This document shows positions 39,301 to 50,971 of a stretch of 64,000 nt of DNA, piece after piece (positions within the stretch are counted from its first letter, which is position 1; each line of letters starts with the position of its first letter). The DNA is from Macrostomum lignano (taxonomy: Eukaryota). The stretch is taken from the NCBI GenBank assembly GCA_002269645.1, contig NIVC01002438.1, positions 62,001-126,000 on the forward strand, given 5' to 3'. The position numbers were made by a program, and so were the translations under genes. Under the pieces are notes generated by a model. The model was not told where the DNA came from. It worked only from the letters and a program-made list of their open reading frames with translations, and made no database searches.

Positions 39301-42300
39301 CTCTAAATTGGAACTAATCTCACCCTTAGATTGGAACGAATCTCACCCTTAGATTGGAACTAATCTCACCCTTAGATTGGAACGAATCTCACCCTTAGAT
39401 TGGAACGAATCTCTCCCTAAAATGGAACGAATCTCACCCTTTGATTTGAACGAATCTCACCCTAAATCGGAGCGAATCTCACCCTAAATCGGAGCGAATC
39501 TCACCCTAAAATTGGAGCGAATCTCACCTCTGAATTGGAACGAATCTCACCCCTAAATTGGAACGAATCTCACCCTTTAATTAGAAAGAAGCTGACACCT
39601 AAATTGGAACGAATCTCACCCTTTAATTAGAAAGAAGCTGACACCTAAATTGGAACGAATCTCACCCTTTAATTAGAAAGAAGCTGACACCTAAATTGGA
39701 ACGAATTTTACCCTAAAATTGAAACGAATCTCACCCCTAAATAGGAACGAATCTCAGCCCAAAATTAAAACGAACCTCACCCAAACTAAGAACAAACCGT
39801 ACCTTTGAATGGAACGAATCTCATCCCTAAATTGAAACGAATCTCACACATAAATTTCGAACTAAAACCCTTAAAAACAACTTCTAAATAAGTCTCTACC
39901 TTTCCCGCCTCTCACCTGGCCCTCTCAGCAACGGGGCACACAATAAGCTGCAGTGCTGCCAGACACAGATCCGCAGCAGCAACAGCCGATGACCCGCCGC
40001 TGCCGCTAGCAGAGTCAATCAGCTGATCGGCCGGCAGCTGCACCAAGCAGGCGCCCCAGTCGCCGACACCAGGCGGACAGCGGAGCAGCTCGCACAGCAG
40101 GTACAGGTGCTCACGCCAGGTGGCGCAACGCAGCAGAGTGCCGCCAAGTTCAATCAGCCAGGCTCGAACATCGTCTTGAAAGGCCTGATCAGTGATCAGT
40201 ATCGGTTTGCGAGCGAAGTGGAACAGGACGCGACAGCGGCGGAGAACTTCGTCGGCTTGAGCGCGACCATCTGATCTGGGATAGTCGGGCAGGACTGCGA
40301 GTTGGGGGTGGGGGTGGGGTGGGTTGAATTAATGCTATATTTTATTTTACTTAAAACGCTTTTTAAAATACATTACAAAAAAACTACGTTTATTTGTAGG
40401 ACCTACGAGGAGCGTATTCCCGAAAATTACTGGGAACTGTCTGTAAAGTCCTGAAAATTACTGGGAACTGTCTGTAAAGTCCTGAAAATTACTGGGAACT
40501 GTCTGTAAAGTCCTGAAAATTACTGGGAACTGTCTGTAAAGTCCTGAAAATTACTGGGATCTGTCTGTAAAGTCCTGAAAATTACTGGGATCTGTCTGTA
40601 AAGTCCTGAAAATTACTGGGATCTGTCTGTAAAGTCCTGAAAATTACTGGGATCTGTCTGTAAAGTCCTGAAAATTACTGGGATCTGTCTGTAAAGTCCT
40701 GAAAATTACTGGGATCTGTCTGTGAAGTCCCGAAAATTACTGGGATCTGTCTGTAAAGTCCTGAAAATTACTGGGATCTGTCTGTAAAGTCCTGAAAATT
40801 ACTGGGATCTGTCTGTAAAGTCCTGAAAATTACTGGGATCTGTCTGTAAAGTCCTGAAAATTACTGGGATCTGTCTGTAAAGTCCTGAAAATTACTGGGA
40901 TCTGTCTGTGAAGTCCCGAAAATTACTGGGATCTGTCTGTAAAGTCCTGAAAATTACTGGGATCTGTCTGTAAAGTCCTGAAAATTACTGGGATCTGTCT
41001 GTAAAGTCCCGAAAATTACTGGGATCCGTCTGTAAAGTCCCGAAAATTACTGGGATCTGTCTGTAAAGTCCCGAAAATTACTGGGATCTGTCTGTAAAGT
41101 CCCGAAAATTACTGGGATCCGTCTGTAAAGTCCCGAAAATTACTGGGATCTGTCTGTAAAGTCCCGACAAGTTCTGGGATCTGTCTGTAAAGTCCCGAAA
41201 ATTACTGGGATCTGTCTGTAAAGTCCCGACAAGTTCTGGGATCTGTCTGTAAAGTCCCAAAAATTAGTAGGATTTGTCTGTAAAGTCCCGACAATTTATG
41301 GGATCTGTGAAGAATCTAAAAAAATAAACATTTGAGGATCAGTCAAAGAATATCCCAAAACACCTGGGGATCAGTCAAAGAATATCCCAAAACACCTGAA
41401 GATCAGTCAAAAAATATCCCAAAACACCGGAGGATCAGTCAAAGAATATCCCAAAACACCTGAGGATCAGTCAAAGAATATCCCAAAACACCTGGGGATC
41501 AGTCACAGAAAATCCCAAAACACCTGAGGATCAGTCAAAGAATATCCCAAAACACCGGAGGATCAGTCAAAGAATATCCCAAAACACCTGAGGATCAGTC
41601 AAAGAATATCCCAAAACACCGGAGGATCAGTCAAAGAATATCCCAAAACACCTGCGGATCAGTCAAAGAATATCCCAAAACACCGGAGGATCAGTCAAAG
41701 AATATCCCAAAACACCTGGGAATCAGTCAAAGAATATCCCAAAACACCTGAAGATCAGTCAAAAAATATCCCAAAACAACGGAGGATCAGTCAAAGAATA
41801 TCCCAAAACACCTGGGGATCAGTCACAGAAAATCCCAAAACACCTGGGGATCAGTCAAAGAAAATCCCAAAACACCTGAGGATCAGTCAAAGAATATCCC
41901 AAAACACCTGGGGATCAGTCACAGAAAATCCCAAAACACCTGGGGATCAGTCAAAGAAAATCCCAAAACACCTGGGGATCAGTCAAAGAATATCCCAAAA
42001 CACCTGGGGATCAGTCAAAGAATATCCCAAAACACCTGGGGATCAGTCAAAGAATATCCCAAAACACCTGGGGATCAGTCAAAGAAAGAATATCCCAAAA
42101 CACATGGGGATCAGTCAAAGAATATCCCAAAACACCTGAGGATCAGTCAAAGAAAATCCCAAAACACCGGAGGATCAGTCAAAGAATATCCCAAAACACC
42201 TGGGGATCAGTCAAAGAATATCCCAAAACACATGGGGATCAGTCAAAGAATATCCCAAAACACCTGGGGATCAGTCAAAGAATATCCCAAAACACCTGGG

Positions 42301-44910
42301 GATCAGTCAAAGAATATCCCAAAACACCTGAGGATCAGTCAAAGAATATCCCAAAACACCTGAGGATCAGACAAAGAATATCCAAAAACACCTGGGGATC
42401 AGTCAAAGAATATCCCAAAACACCTGAGGATCAGTCTAAGAATATCCCAAAACACCTGGGGATCAGTCAAAGAAAGAATATCCCAAAACACCGGAGGATC
42501 AGTCTAAGAATATCCCAAAACACCTGGGGATCAGTCAAAGAAAGAATATCCCAAAACACATGGGGATCAGTCTAAGAATATCCCAAAACACCTGGGGATC
42601 AGTCAAAGAAAGAATATCCCAAAACACATGGGGATCAGTCTAAGAATATCCCAAAACACCTGGGAATCAGTCAAAGAATATCCCAAAGCACCTGGGGATC
42701 AGTCAAAGAATATCCCAAAACACCTGGGGATCAGTCAAAGAATATCCCAAAACACCTGGGGATCAGTCAAAGAATATCCCAAAACACCTGGGGATCAGTC
42801 AAAGAATATCCCAAAACACCTGGGGATCAGTGAAAGAATATCCCAAAACACCTGGGGATCAGTGAAAGAATATCCCAAAACACCTGGGGATCAGTCAAAG
42901 AATATCCCAAAACACCTGGGGATCAGTCAAAGAATATCACAGGGACTCTCACCAACAGGAGGCGCAGACGGCGGAGTCTCAGCAAGCATAGGCAGACCTG
43001 ACACCAGCTTGTGCAGGTGGCACTGGATGAGCAGTCGCCATTTCTGGGTGTCGTACCCATGCAACGGAACGTCATTCTCCAACTCCCGCCTAGCGGCAGC
43101 CAGCTTATCGCTAAGCCGTTTCATCCCCTCGGCTTTGAACTCGGCAACATCATAGCGAAATTCAGTGGACACTTTAACACCGTCCTGACATTTGCCTTCA
43201 ACTGATTGAGTTTGAGTAGATAATTGCCACACTGAGTCTTGCAGCTCGCGCAGGTCGGACTCCAATTGGCGAATGTTGGCCTCGGATCGGCGCAGCTTCT
43301 TGCAGGCGACGCAGTAGGAGCTCAGCATCTCGTGAAATTCCGAGTCCTGTGTATCCGCTTCCTGCCGAAGGTAAGACAGATTAATGATGCGTTTGCGAAC
43401 TAATTAGCGATATTGACATCTGATAAGACGATTTGGAATCTGAGAATTTTTAAGAATGATTGACACCTCAACACCCGGGAATCTTTGAGGATGATTGACA
43501 CCTCAACACCCGGGAATCTTTGAGGATGATTGACACCTCAACACCTGGGGATCTTTAAGGATGATTGACAGCTCAACACCTGAGGATCTTTAAGGATGAT
43601 TGACAGCTCAACACCTGAGGATCTTTAAGGATGATTGACAACTCAACACCTGAGGATCTTTAAAGATGATTGACAGCTTAACAGCTGATGATCTTTGAGA
43701 GTGATTGACAGGTCAACACCTAGGAATCTTTAAGGATGACTGACAGCTAAACACCTAAGGATCTTTAAGGGTGATTGACAGCTCAACAGCTGATGATCTT
43801 TGAGAGTGATTGACAGCTCATCAGCTGAGGATCTTTGAGAGTGATTGACAGCTCATCAGCTGAGGATCTTTGAGGATGATTGACAGCTCAACACCTGAGG
43901 ATCTTTGAGAGTGATTGACAGCTCATCAGCTGAGGATCTTTGAGAGTGATTGACAGCTTAACACCTGAGGATCTTTGAGGATGATTGAAAGCCAACACCT
44001 GAGGATCGTTAAGGATGATTGACAGCTCAACACCTGAGGATCTTTGAGAGTGATTGACAGCTCAACACCTGATGATCTTTGAGGATGATTGACAGCTCAA
44101 CAATTGGGAATCTTTAAGGATGATTGACAGCTCAACACCTGATGATCTTTGAGAGTGATTGTCAGTAATTGACATGTGGAGTATTCACAAAAAGGAACAC
44201 AAACATACACACAATGGATCTCAATTGCACTCACATTCAAATACTGCTGCACCTCATAGTCCAAGTGGTTTAGCAGTGGATTATGATACAGTGACTGCAA
44301 CTGCGCCTCAGTCAGGGGACTGGCGACTGCAGCAGGTTCAGCAACTGCCGCACGCGCCGCTGGAGGAGGCGACACTTCAGCTTCAGCAACAATTGGTGGC
44401 CGCTGAACTGCTTCAGGCTCTGGGTCTGCTTGCGCCAGAATTTCCTGATTCTGATGCGATTCTTGCTGATCCTGCTGAGCAGTGTCTTCTGGCGGGTGCT
44501 CACTCTGCTCTGCATCGCCTTGAGCTTGTTCTTCCTGACTTTCTTCAGTTGCAGAAGGCTCAGAATCTGCAACAACAACAGGATCATCAGAAGCTGTTAC
44601 TGCTGCTTCTGCTTCTGGAAGATGGGATGGCTGAGGAGACACCAGCTTAGCCAAGTCCAACGGTGGCTGCACAATGTCATCAGCTTCTGGCAGCATGTCC
44701 GTTACATCGTCCGCTTCGTCTACAGACAATGATTGGTGTTGCTCTTGTGGCTCTTTTTGCTGCTGCGGCTGTTGCTGCTTCTGGCGGCGCTTCTAAAAGA
44801 AGTGAAATTATTTGATAGAAAATATTATCTCGAATATTAAATTAACGAATAAAGAGCCGATTAAATTTTAAAATTACCTTGCTTTTGGCAGGCCTAACAG
44901 CCTCAGCCAT
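21395..44910 (-). CDS. EPG5: Ectopic P granules protein 5 (autophagy tethering factor), 18 exons, ~2,517 aa if two single-base deletions are corrected
   Basis: Exons: 44910-44878, 44792-44235, 43361-42953, 40294-39916, 39159-38256, 37711-37679, 36957-36793, 35100-34729, 33921-33611, 32050-30809, 30343-30134, 28682-28159, 26888-26449, 25770-25179, 24090-23706, 23011-22775, 22588-22162, 21725-21395; all introns GT-AG. EPG5-like motifs: MAEAVRP, LLRCPPGVGDWG, LFKDLP..LDGFNW, YPPTRQLL..IECLGQTFI..LLAPNFDP, LLSKFDVSEWL, GFLGAIGLGRRS. Frame breaks near 34779 and 31957. Confidence 0.9.
21762..22135. repeat. EPG5 intron 17, 12-bp repeat (agtctatctacc)
   Basis: Direct inspection. Confidence 0.9.
22612..22742. 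repeat. EPG5 intron 16, 27-bp repeat (gtgagaactcatcaatcactgagcagt)
   Basis: About 4 copies. Confidence 0.85.
23135..23670. repeat. EPG5 intron 15, ~44-bp repeat (ctatagtctatggcctaagcccattcaatcctaactgtgtacat)
   Basis: Direct inspection. Confidence 0.9.
24120..24440. repeat. EPG5 intron 14, 30-bp repeat (gtgattcccaaatgggatttcaatagccca)
   Basis: Direct inspection. Confidence 0.9.
24465..25165. repeat. EPG5 intron 14, 23-bp repeat (aatgaccagatcccagaatcctc)
   Basis: Direct inspection. Confidence 0.95.
25795..26300. repeat. EPG5 intron 13, 21-bp repeat (ggagtctcaacctgagattat)
   Basis: Direct inspection. Confidence 0.9.
26930..28112. repeat. EPG5 intron 12, 23-bp repeat (tctacatccgctctctacccaaa)
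   Basis: Direct inspection. Confidence 0.95.
28770..30055. repeat. EPG5 intron 11, compound gggatc-core repeats (~24-bp units, then 20-bp tgggatctgatgggatcaat)
   Basis: Direct inspection. Confidence 0.9.
30574..30800. repeat. EPG5 intron 10, ~85-bp degenerate triplication (tgggtaaacg...gtagctat...gcatacttaaatgc)
   Basis: Three diverged copies. Confidence 0.75.
32072..33552. repeat. EPG5 intron 9, 23-bp repeat (ggggcgattctcagggttgctga)
   Basis: Direct inspection. Confidence 0.95.
34045..34625. repeat. EPG5 intron 8, 21-22-bp repeat (gaaaagatcctgaagctcagg)
   Basis: Direct inspection. Confidence 0.9.
35280..36570. repeat. EPG5 intron 7, 36-bp repeat (acaaggattcttagaaatcaataaataaataggtcg)
   Basis: Direct inspection. 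Confidence 0.95.
37109..37325 (-). mobile_element. SINE copy (same family) in EPG5 intron 6
   Basis: Shares ctgaaggctgcgtacggctgttcagtccaagg with the 62.8 kb copy and agatgtgcaaccgacagctcagccgcagctattgc with the 47.7 kb copy; B-box region present. Confidence 0.75.
37910..38135. repeat. EPG5 intron 5, degenerate repeat (ggctatgaccagttttaaaacacag)
   Basis: About 6 diverged copies. Confidence 0.7.
39195..39850. repeat. EPG5 intron 4, ~22-bp repeat (ggaacgaatctcacccctaaatt)
   Basis: Direct inspection. Confidence 0.9.
40420..41310. repeat. EPG5 intron 3, 31-bp repeat (gaaaattactgggatctgtctgtaaagtcct)
   Basis: Direct inspection. Confidence 0.95.
41335..42938. repeat. EPG5 intron 3, 32-bp repeat (ggatcagtcaaagaatatcccaaaacacctgg)
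   Basis: Direct inspection. Confidence 0.95.
43455..44165. repeat. EPG5 intron 2, 35-bp repeat (atgattgacagctcaacacctgaggatctttaagg)
   Basis: Direct inspection. Confidence 0.95.
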
Positions 44911-45074
44911 TACGGGCGCGAATGATACTACTACTTAGAAGTTTAGTAAGTAGCACCCGATGCACTTGTAGCTTTATGCTTCTTTTAATGCTTTTCCTGA
45001 CGACAAGCAAAGCGACGGTAAACTACAGGTCATAAAAAATTACGTTACATTAATTGTCACTGCTGTAAAGGATT

Positions 45075-45935
45075 AATCTGAGGATCTGAGAGGATGGGGC
45101 TGGCTAAGCAACTGGGGATCTGGGAGGCTGGCCCAGCAACTGAGGATCTGGGAGGCTGGTCCAGCAACTGAGGATCTGGGAGGCTGGCCCAGCAACTGAG
45201 GATCTGGAAGGCTAGCCCAGCAACTGACACTCTGGGAGGCTGGTCCAGCAACTGAGGATCTGGGAGGCTGGCCCAGCAACTGAGGATCTGGGAGGCTGGC
45301 CCAGCAACTGAGGATCTGGGAGGCTGGCCTAGCAACTGGTGATCTGGAAGGCTGGCCCAGCAACTGAGGATCTGGGAGGCTGGCCCAGCAACTGAGGATC
45401 TGGGAGGCTGGTCCAGCAACTGAGGATCTGGGAGGCTGGCCCAGCAACTGAGGATCTGGGAGGCTGGCCTAGCAACTGGGGATCTGGAAGGCTGGCCCAG
45501 CAACTGAGGATCTGGGAGGCTGGCCTAGCAACTGGTGATCTGGAAGGCTGGCCCAGCAACTGAGGATCTGGGAGGCTGGCCCAGCAACTGAGGATCTGGG
45601 AGGCTGGCCTAGCAACTGGGGATCTGGAAGGCTGGCCCAGCAACTGAGGATCTGGGAGGCTGGCTCAGCAACTGAGGATCTGGAAGGCTGGCTCAGCAAT
45701 TGAGGATCTGAAAGGCTGGCCCAGCAACTGAAGGTCTGGAAGGCTGGTCCAGCAACTGAGGATCTGGGAGGCTTGCCTAGCAACTGGGGATCTGGGAGAC
45801 TGGCCCAGCAATTGAGGATTTGGAAGACTGGCCCAGCAACTGAGGATCTGGAAGGCTGGTCTAGCAACTGAGGATCTGGGAGGCTGGCCTAGCAACTGGG
45901 GATCTGGAAGACTGGCCCAGCAACTAAGGATCTGA
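45075..45935. repeat. 28-bp minisatellite (gaggatctgggaggctggcccagcaact) between FARSB and EPG5
   Basis: Direct inspection. Confidence 0.95.
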
Positions 45936-46491
45936 GGTTCTGACTGAGACACTTTCATGCTAATCAAGTATTCGCAAAATAAGAAATTAAGATAAGAAAT
46001 TCAAGCATCTTTTAAACCAAAAACAAAACAAAAAACTATCTTTTTAAGCAATCGAATAGATAGTCAGGCGCAACGGGTTACCATTTGTCAAAGCTGTCAC
46101 AGTGAATATCGCTATAAATTAATTTTAATTACTTTTAATATGCCAATATATTGATACTAGAATGCAGACACAGAGTGAGAAGTATCCAGGACAGTACTTG
46201 TGCACAAAAGCAGAAGCAGATGGAGACAGATAATCTTAGATTTCAGAGAAAAAAGTGTTTGTGAATTACATTTTTTGACAAAAGCATTAAGGAACCGCAC
46301 TGCATGAAAAGTGCAAACACACAGACACAGCAGGTGCAGCAAAATTTTTTGTAAAAGCGCTTACTATAAAGAAGTGACGTTTAATTAGGATTTTTAATAG
46401 AGGCTGCTGATAAATAAGCATATAATATTATAAGGGCTTAACTGGACAAAAGGCATTTAATTTTAAATAATTAACATAGAACTAATCCCAA

Positions 46492-47122
46492 TTGACCTAT
46501 AAAATCGCTCATTATATTAGCCAGTCATAAATTACTTGAATGACCTATAAAATCGCTCATTATATTAGCCAGTCATAAATTACTTGAATGACCTATAAAA
46601 TCGCTCATTATATTAGCCAGTCATAAATTACTTGAATGACCTATAAAATCGCTCATTAAATTAGCCATTCATAGATTCCCTGAATGACCTATAAAATCGC
46701 TCATTATATTAGCCAGTCATAAATTACTTGAATGACCTATAAAATCGCTCATTATATTAGCCATTCATAGATTCCCTGGATGACCTATAAAATCGCTCAT
46801 TATATTAGTCAGTCATAGATTGGCTGAATTACCTATAAAATCGCTCATTATATTAGCCATAGATTACCCAAATGACCTATAAAATCGCTCATTATATTAG
46901 CCAGTCACAGATTACCCAAAATGACCTATAAAATCACTCATTATATTATTCAGTCATATATTATCCAAATGACCTATAAAATCGCTCATTATATTAGCCA
47001 GTCACAGATTACCCAAAATGACCTATAAAATCACTCATTATATTATTCAGTCATATATTATCCAAATGACCTATAAAATCGCTCATTATATTAGCCATAA
47101 ATTACCCAAATGACCTATAACA
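46492..47122. repeat. ~48-bp minisatellite (aatgacctataaaatcgctcattatattagccagtcataaattacttg)
   Basis: Direct inspection. Confidence 0.9.
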
Positions 47123-47303
47123 ACGCTCATAGACTGGTCAAACATTACCAAACGACCACAAAAAGTTCATCACATTTGACAACTTTCATTATCAACAGAA
47201 TAATCAATTGAAACTAACTTCATTTTGATTAGTCACATATAACACCCTTTGCGCGAAATAACCCTCTTAGAGGCAAAAAACACGAAAAGCGCACTAAAGG
47301 ATC

Positions 47304-49470
47304 CTAAAGAAACTTTTCCACGTCGAAAACAAAAGCAGAAGCTGGCAGAGTCAGATCGAACTGGGCCAGGGTCTCCGGATGCAGCACTCCAATGGTACCA
47401 ACAGGTGAGCCTTTGTACAGCACATTGGCGCATCTGCCAGTGAAATAAGTGGCAACCTCAGTAGCTGACAATTTGTATTGATCAACTGGCACGCCAAGGA
47501 CTTGCATAATTCGATCCATTAGACCGTGAATCAGTTCGAATCCGGACGATTTGCCGTAGTAAACTGCGGCCAGCTGACGGGAGTTGACGGCGGAGCCGCT
47601 GCTGTCAGTGGACTGCGGATTGTGTGAAGTCAAACGTTTGAAGGGTGTTTTGAGGGGTAGAGAGAAAATAACATTGTAATTTATTATTACACCTGCCCTA
47701 GTGAGCAGATGTGCAACCGACAGCTCAGCCGCAGCTATTGCACCACACACACCCAGCTAATGCTGGTAAACTATTTTACAGCTAGGTGAACTGACTGTCT
47801 TACTCAAAGACACCACGAATTGTTCTGAGTGGGTCGGGAATCGAGCCCCTGACCTTTCAGTCGTGAGTCCGAAGCTCTAAGCATTAATCTTCAATGCTTT
47901 AAAGCAGCACTACCGACTTTAACTTAGGTTTTTATAAACGTTTCAAAAAGGTAGTCGATGCTAATATCATCATGCAACAAATACTTCAAAGCGGCCCCAC
48001 CTTGTACACAACATCCTGTATCTCGAACAGCTTCAAAGGCAACGGCAAAGAACGATTCGAGTGCACAGTTTTTAGAATCCCTGGCAGCAAGCTGGTTCTG
48101 GCAACTTGAAACTCCAGCGTCTTTGGATTGGCGATGCGCACAGCTGGCAGGCTGTCCAATGGGAGGCGCAACCGTTCGGAGATGTCTTTCTCTGAGCACA
48201 GGGCAAAAGTCAGGCACTCGGTAAATCCGGCAAAAGCCACCTCAAGACGCAGTTTGTCAGTCAATGAGTTCAATGGTTGCTGCTTTCCCGTGCACAGAGT
48301 TGGTGGCAAACTCATCTCTAAGTTATTGTAGCCAATAGCTATGGCCAGATCTTCCAGTACGTCGCAAGGATGAAGAACATCGTGTCGAGTTGGAGGAACG
48401 GTCACGCTAACGGTAGCATCGCTAGTTGCCTTGGCAACTAGGCACATTCTAGTTAGACGATTGCAGATCTCATCGATAGTCAGTTGAGAATCGGATCGGC
48501 CAACACCTTTGCGCAGGTAATCAACCTGGATGTCTACCTGACGATAGGCAAGAGACGGGTAAATTGAAGCGCGACCGTCTGGATAGTTCACCTGGACAGC
48601 CTGGACGGTGAACTGCTCGGAGCAGTACTGCGAGAAAGCGCACACAAGAGTGTCTAATACTACGGATGCTTTGTGCGCATCAGTAGCCGTAGCTTCAATG
48701 AAAACATTCTTTGTGTTCAGAGTGATCTTAGAATGATCGCCATTGATAATTGGCGGCATACTCAGCACCACACCGTTGGCATCTTTAATCACCGGATACA
48801 CCGGACTGTCGCGAATGATTGGCAGGTAAGCTTTCAGGTGACTCTCGCCGGAATACAGTTGCATAAGTTCTACAGCGCTAAACTCTTTAGTCTGGTTCAA
48901 TGGCTTGAACACAATATCGCTAGGAGGCAAAGCTTCGTACAAGAATGGACCAGTCAGAGTGTCAAAGTCGTGCGTTCCGATGGCTACTAGAGATCTCTGC
49001 CGACAGATAGTCTGATGCAGTTTGTCCTGCAGGTCAATGAAGGATTTATAGCTGGCAGGAGTGAAGCTCAAGTTTCTAAGCATTGCGCACACAACGTATG
49101 GTCGGATTTGAGCAGTGCTCGGAGCTACTCGCATCTGTTGCATACCGGCTGCTGGTTGAACGGCTTTGTACAGCGGAGGCTGAGCCAAGCTCTGGAACAC
49201 CATCAGAGCTCGGCTGAGACCTTCAACGCAGAGCAGATCGTATCGATTAGCTGGAACTTCGATTTTGTAGATGACAGCATCGGAGAGCTGGTCGCCCATT
49301 TGAGCAGCCTTGGCGTCGCCCTGCTCTTTGGCCAGCATCTCGCGTTCGGACGTGACCTCATCGAGCTCCAAGCCGAACTCAAAACACAATTCGTCAACCT
49401 CTTCATCGGTGAAATCTTTCCTATTCAAGCATTGGCATAGGGCGGCCTTTTCTATTTGAACAACTGGCAT
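47304..49470 (-). CDS. FARSB: Phenylalanine-tRNA ligase beta subunit, 2 exons (49470-48001, 47612-47304), 592 aa
   Basis: Motifs FEFGLELDEVTSE, IEVPANRYDLLC, SFIDLQDKLHQTICR, PPIINGDHSKITLNTKNVFIE, PPTRHDVLHPCD, NPKTLEFQVARTSLLPG, GFELIHGLMDRIMQ; phase-0 GT-AG intron. Confidence 0.97.
47686..47885 (-). mobile_element. SINE copy (same family) in FARSB intron
   Basis: The reverse complement has the tRNA head (gagcttcggactcacgactgaaaggtcaggggctcgattcccgaccca), the core remnant and the shared 3' segment. Confidence 0.75.
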
Positions 49471-50461
49471 TCTTTGTGATTAAGCGACTGTAGGATTGCA
49501 ACGAAATTTGATTGAAAGCCTTTATTTGCTGCAAAGAAAATTTTAAAGACGGTTAATTTTTTTGAGAAAGTTCTCAATGTTCTACTTTGAGTAGGTTGAC
49601 GAGTTATAAATGAAGGCACACAAATTTTTTGATATTCAACACATTCTAGCTTTAACTATAGAATATCCAAAACACTAAATCAGGAACCTTTGCGCTAGAT
49701 TACCATAGAATGTATGGCAATCCATATTACATTATATTCTATTGATAGTAGCATATTGCAGAGGTCGCTGACTAAATTCAGTATTAATATAAGAAACTAC
49801 AAGTGGAAGTATGACAATACAATTTCATCCACCCCAACTTTACTTCTGTAGCTAAGCTCGATAATAAAACTAAAACTCCTAAGCACTGCACACAAGCGTA
49901 CTAAACACATGTCGCTATTTAAGCTGGATAGAACTGAACGTTAAACTGTACGCGCATTGCACAATAGAATGATTCAGCAAAATAAAATGCTTTGAACTGA
50001 CGGACAGACTTGGAAAGAGTGAAGAGAGAGACCACACCACACACAATCTAAAACTAGAGAGAGTTAGTTCGATTTTTTTTTCAAAGTCAATGAGGAGAAA
50101 AGTATGACTCGCCAGATCTTGTGCTGTGCGATTGATTTATATAAAGGTTCGCTACTTTACACTTCTCTGTATTTGAGCATGCACTGAGCTGACAAGCAGA
50201 GATATTTGCCAACCTAACTGATAGACATTGGAACAAGGGGCCTGAACAAATACACATGTAAAGCTACTTTTCCTTACTAATTTCACTAAAGATTGATAAA
50301 AAATGATTTCAGGCAACTTCAAACACTTTCTGGTCGAAAATGCAGCGATATTTTTGTCTGTGTTTTTTTTAAACTTCGCAATTCAACTCAAAATACAAAA
50401 CAATAACTGCAGATTATTTTGCTTCTTCTAAAAGTTCCGCCGCTTAAAGATAGAAAACACT

Positions 50462-50467
50462 TTTATT
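50462..50467 (-). terminator. AATAAA polyadenylation signal candidate for PAM16
   Basis: Canonical hexamer ~50 nt after the stop codon. Confidence 0.4.
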
Positions 50468-50515
50468 AGAATGAATGATTAAATGAAGGCTACAATCAAA
50501 GTTATAACTCGATTT

Positions 50516-50971
50516 CTAATCAGACGCTTTCTTTTGAGCAGCAGACTCAGGAGAAGTGGAACTAGTTGACTCGCCACTCTGCTTCCCAGAGCTCATACTA
50601 GGATCCACAGTCTGTTGCCCAATTTCCTGATCGATTCGTTCTTTAGCGCGAAACACCTTCGCTTGCAGGTAGAATGAGCCGCCTTTCTTTCTGTCGTTCA
50701 CCCCAAACAGATGATCGTATTGGTGCTGGATTCGACTTTTATCTTCCAGATTTTCCACGTGCAAAATTTGCATCGCCTCTTTCAGAGACAGGCCGGATAT
50801 TGCGCTAGCGGTGCCCGACTGATCTGTGTCTCCACTGCTGCTGCTGCTGCTCTGCTGTCGGTTCTTAGCGGCCTGCTGCGACGCGGCGTACTCTTCGCGC
50901 AGGGCGGCAGCGAAGGCGCGGCCGACAACCCGGCTGCCTAGTAAGATAATCTCGATTATAGATCGGCCAAC
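50516..50971 (-). CDS. PAM16: Mitochondrial import motor subunit Pam16/Tim16 (J-like); initiator ATG not in this exon
   Basis: (M)VGRSIIEIILLGSRVVGRAFAAALREE...GLSLKEAMQILHV...YDHLFGVNDRKKGGSFYLQAKVFRAKERI. The ORF begins right after a gctgatttgcag acceptor. Confidence 0.93.
   Translation of the reverse strand, partial: VGRSIIEIILLGSRVVGRAFAAALREEYAASQQAAKNRQQSSSSSSGDTDQSGTASAISGLSLKEAMQILHVENLEDKSRIQHQYDHLFGVNDRKKGGSFYLQAKVFRAKERIDQEIGQQTVDPSMSSGKQSGESTSSTSPESAAQKKASD

Noticed and set aside
40420-47122. 31-48 bp regular repeats resembling CRISPR arrays
   Set aside because: They are head-to-tail repeats without unique spacers, in a eukaryotic intron context, with no cas genes.
48128-49440. 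Plus-strand ORFs antisense to FARSB, and similar ones opposite EPG5, PAM16 and DNAJC25 exons
   Set aside because: They are shadow ORFs of GC-rich coding sequence.
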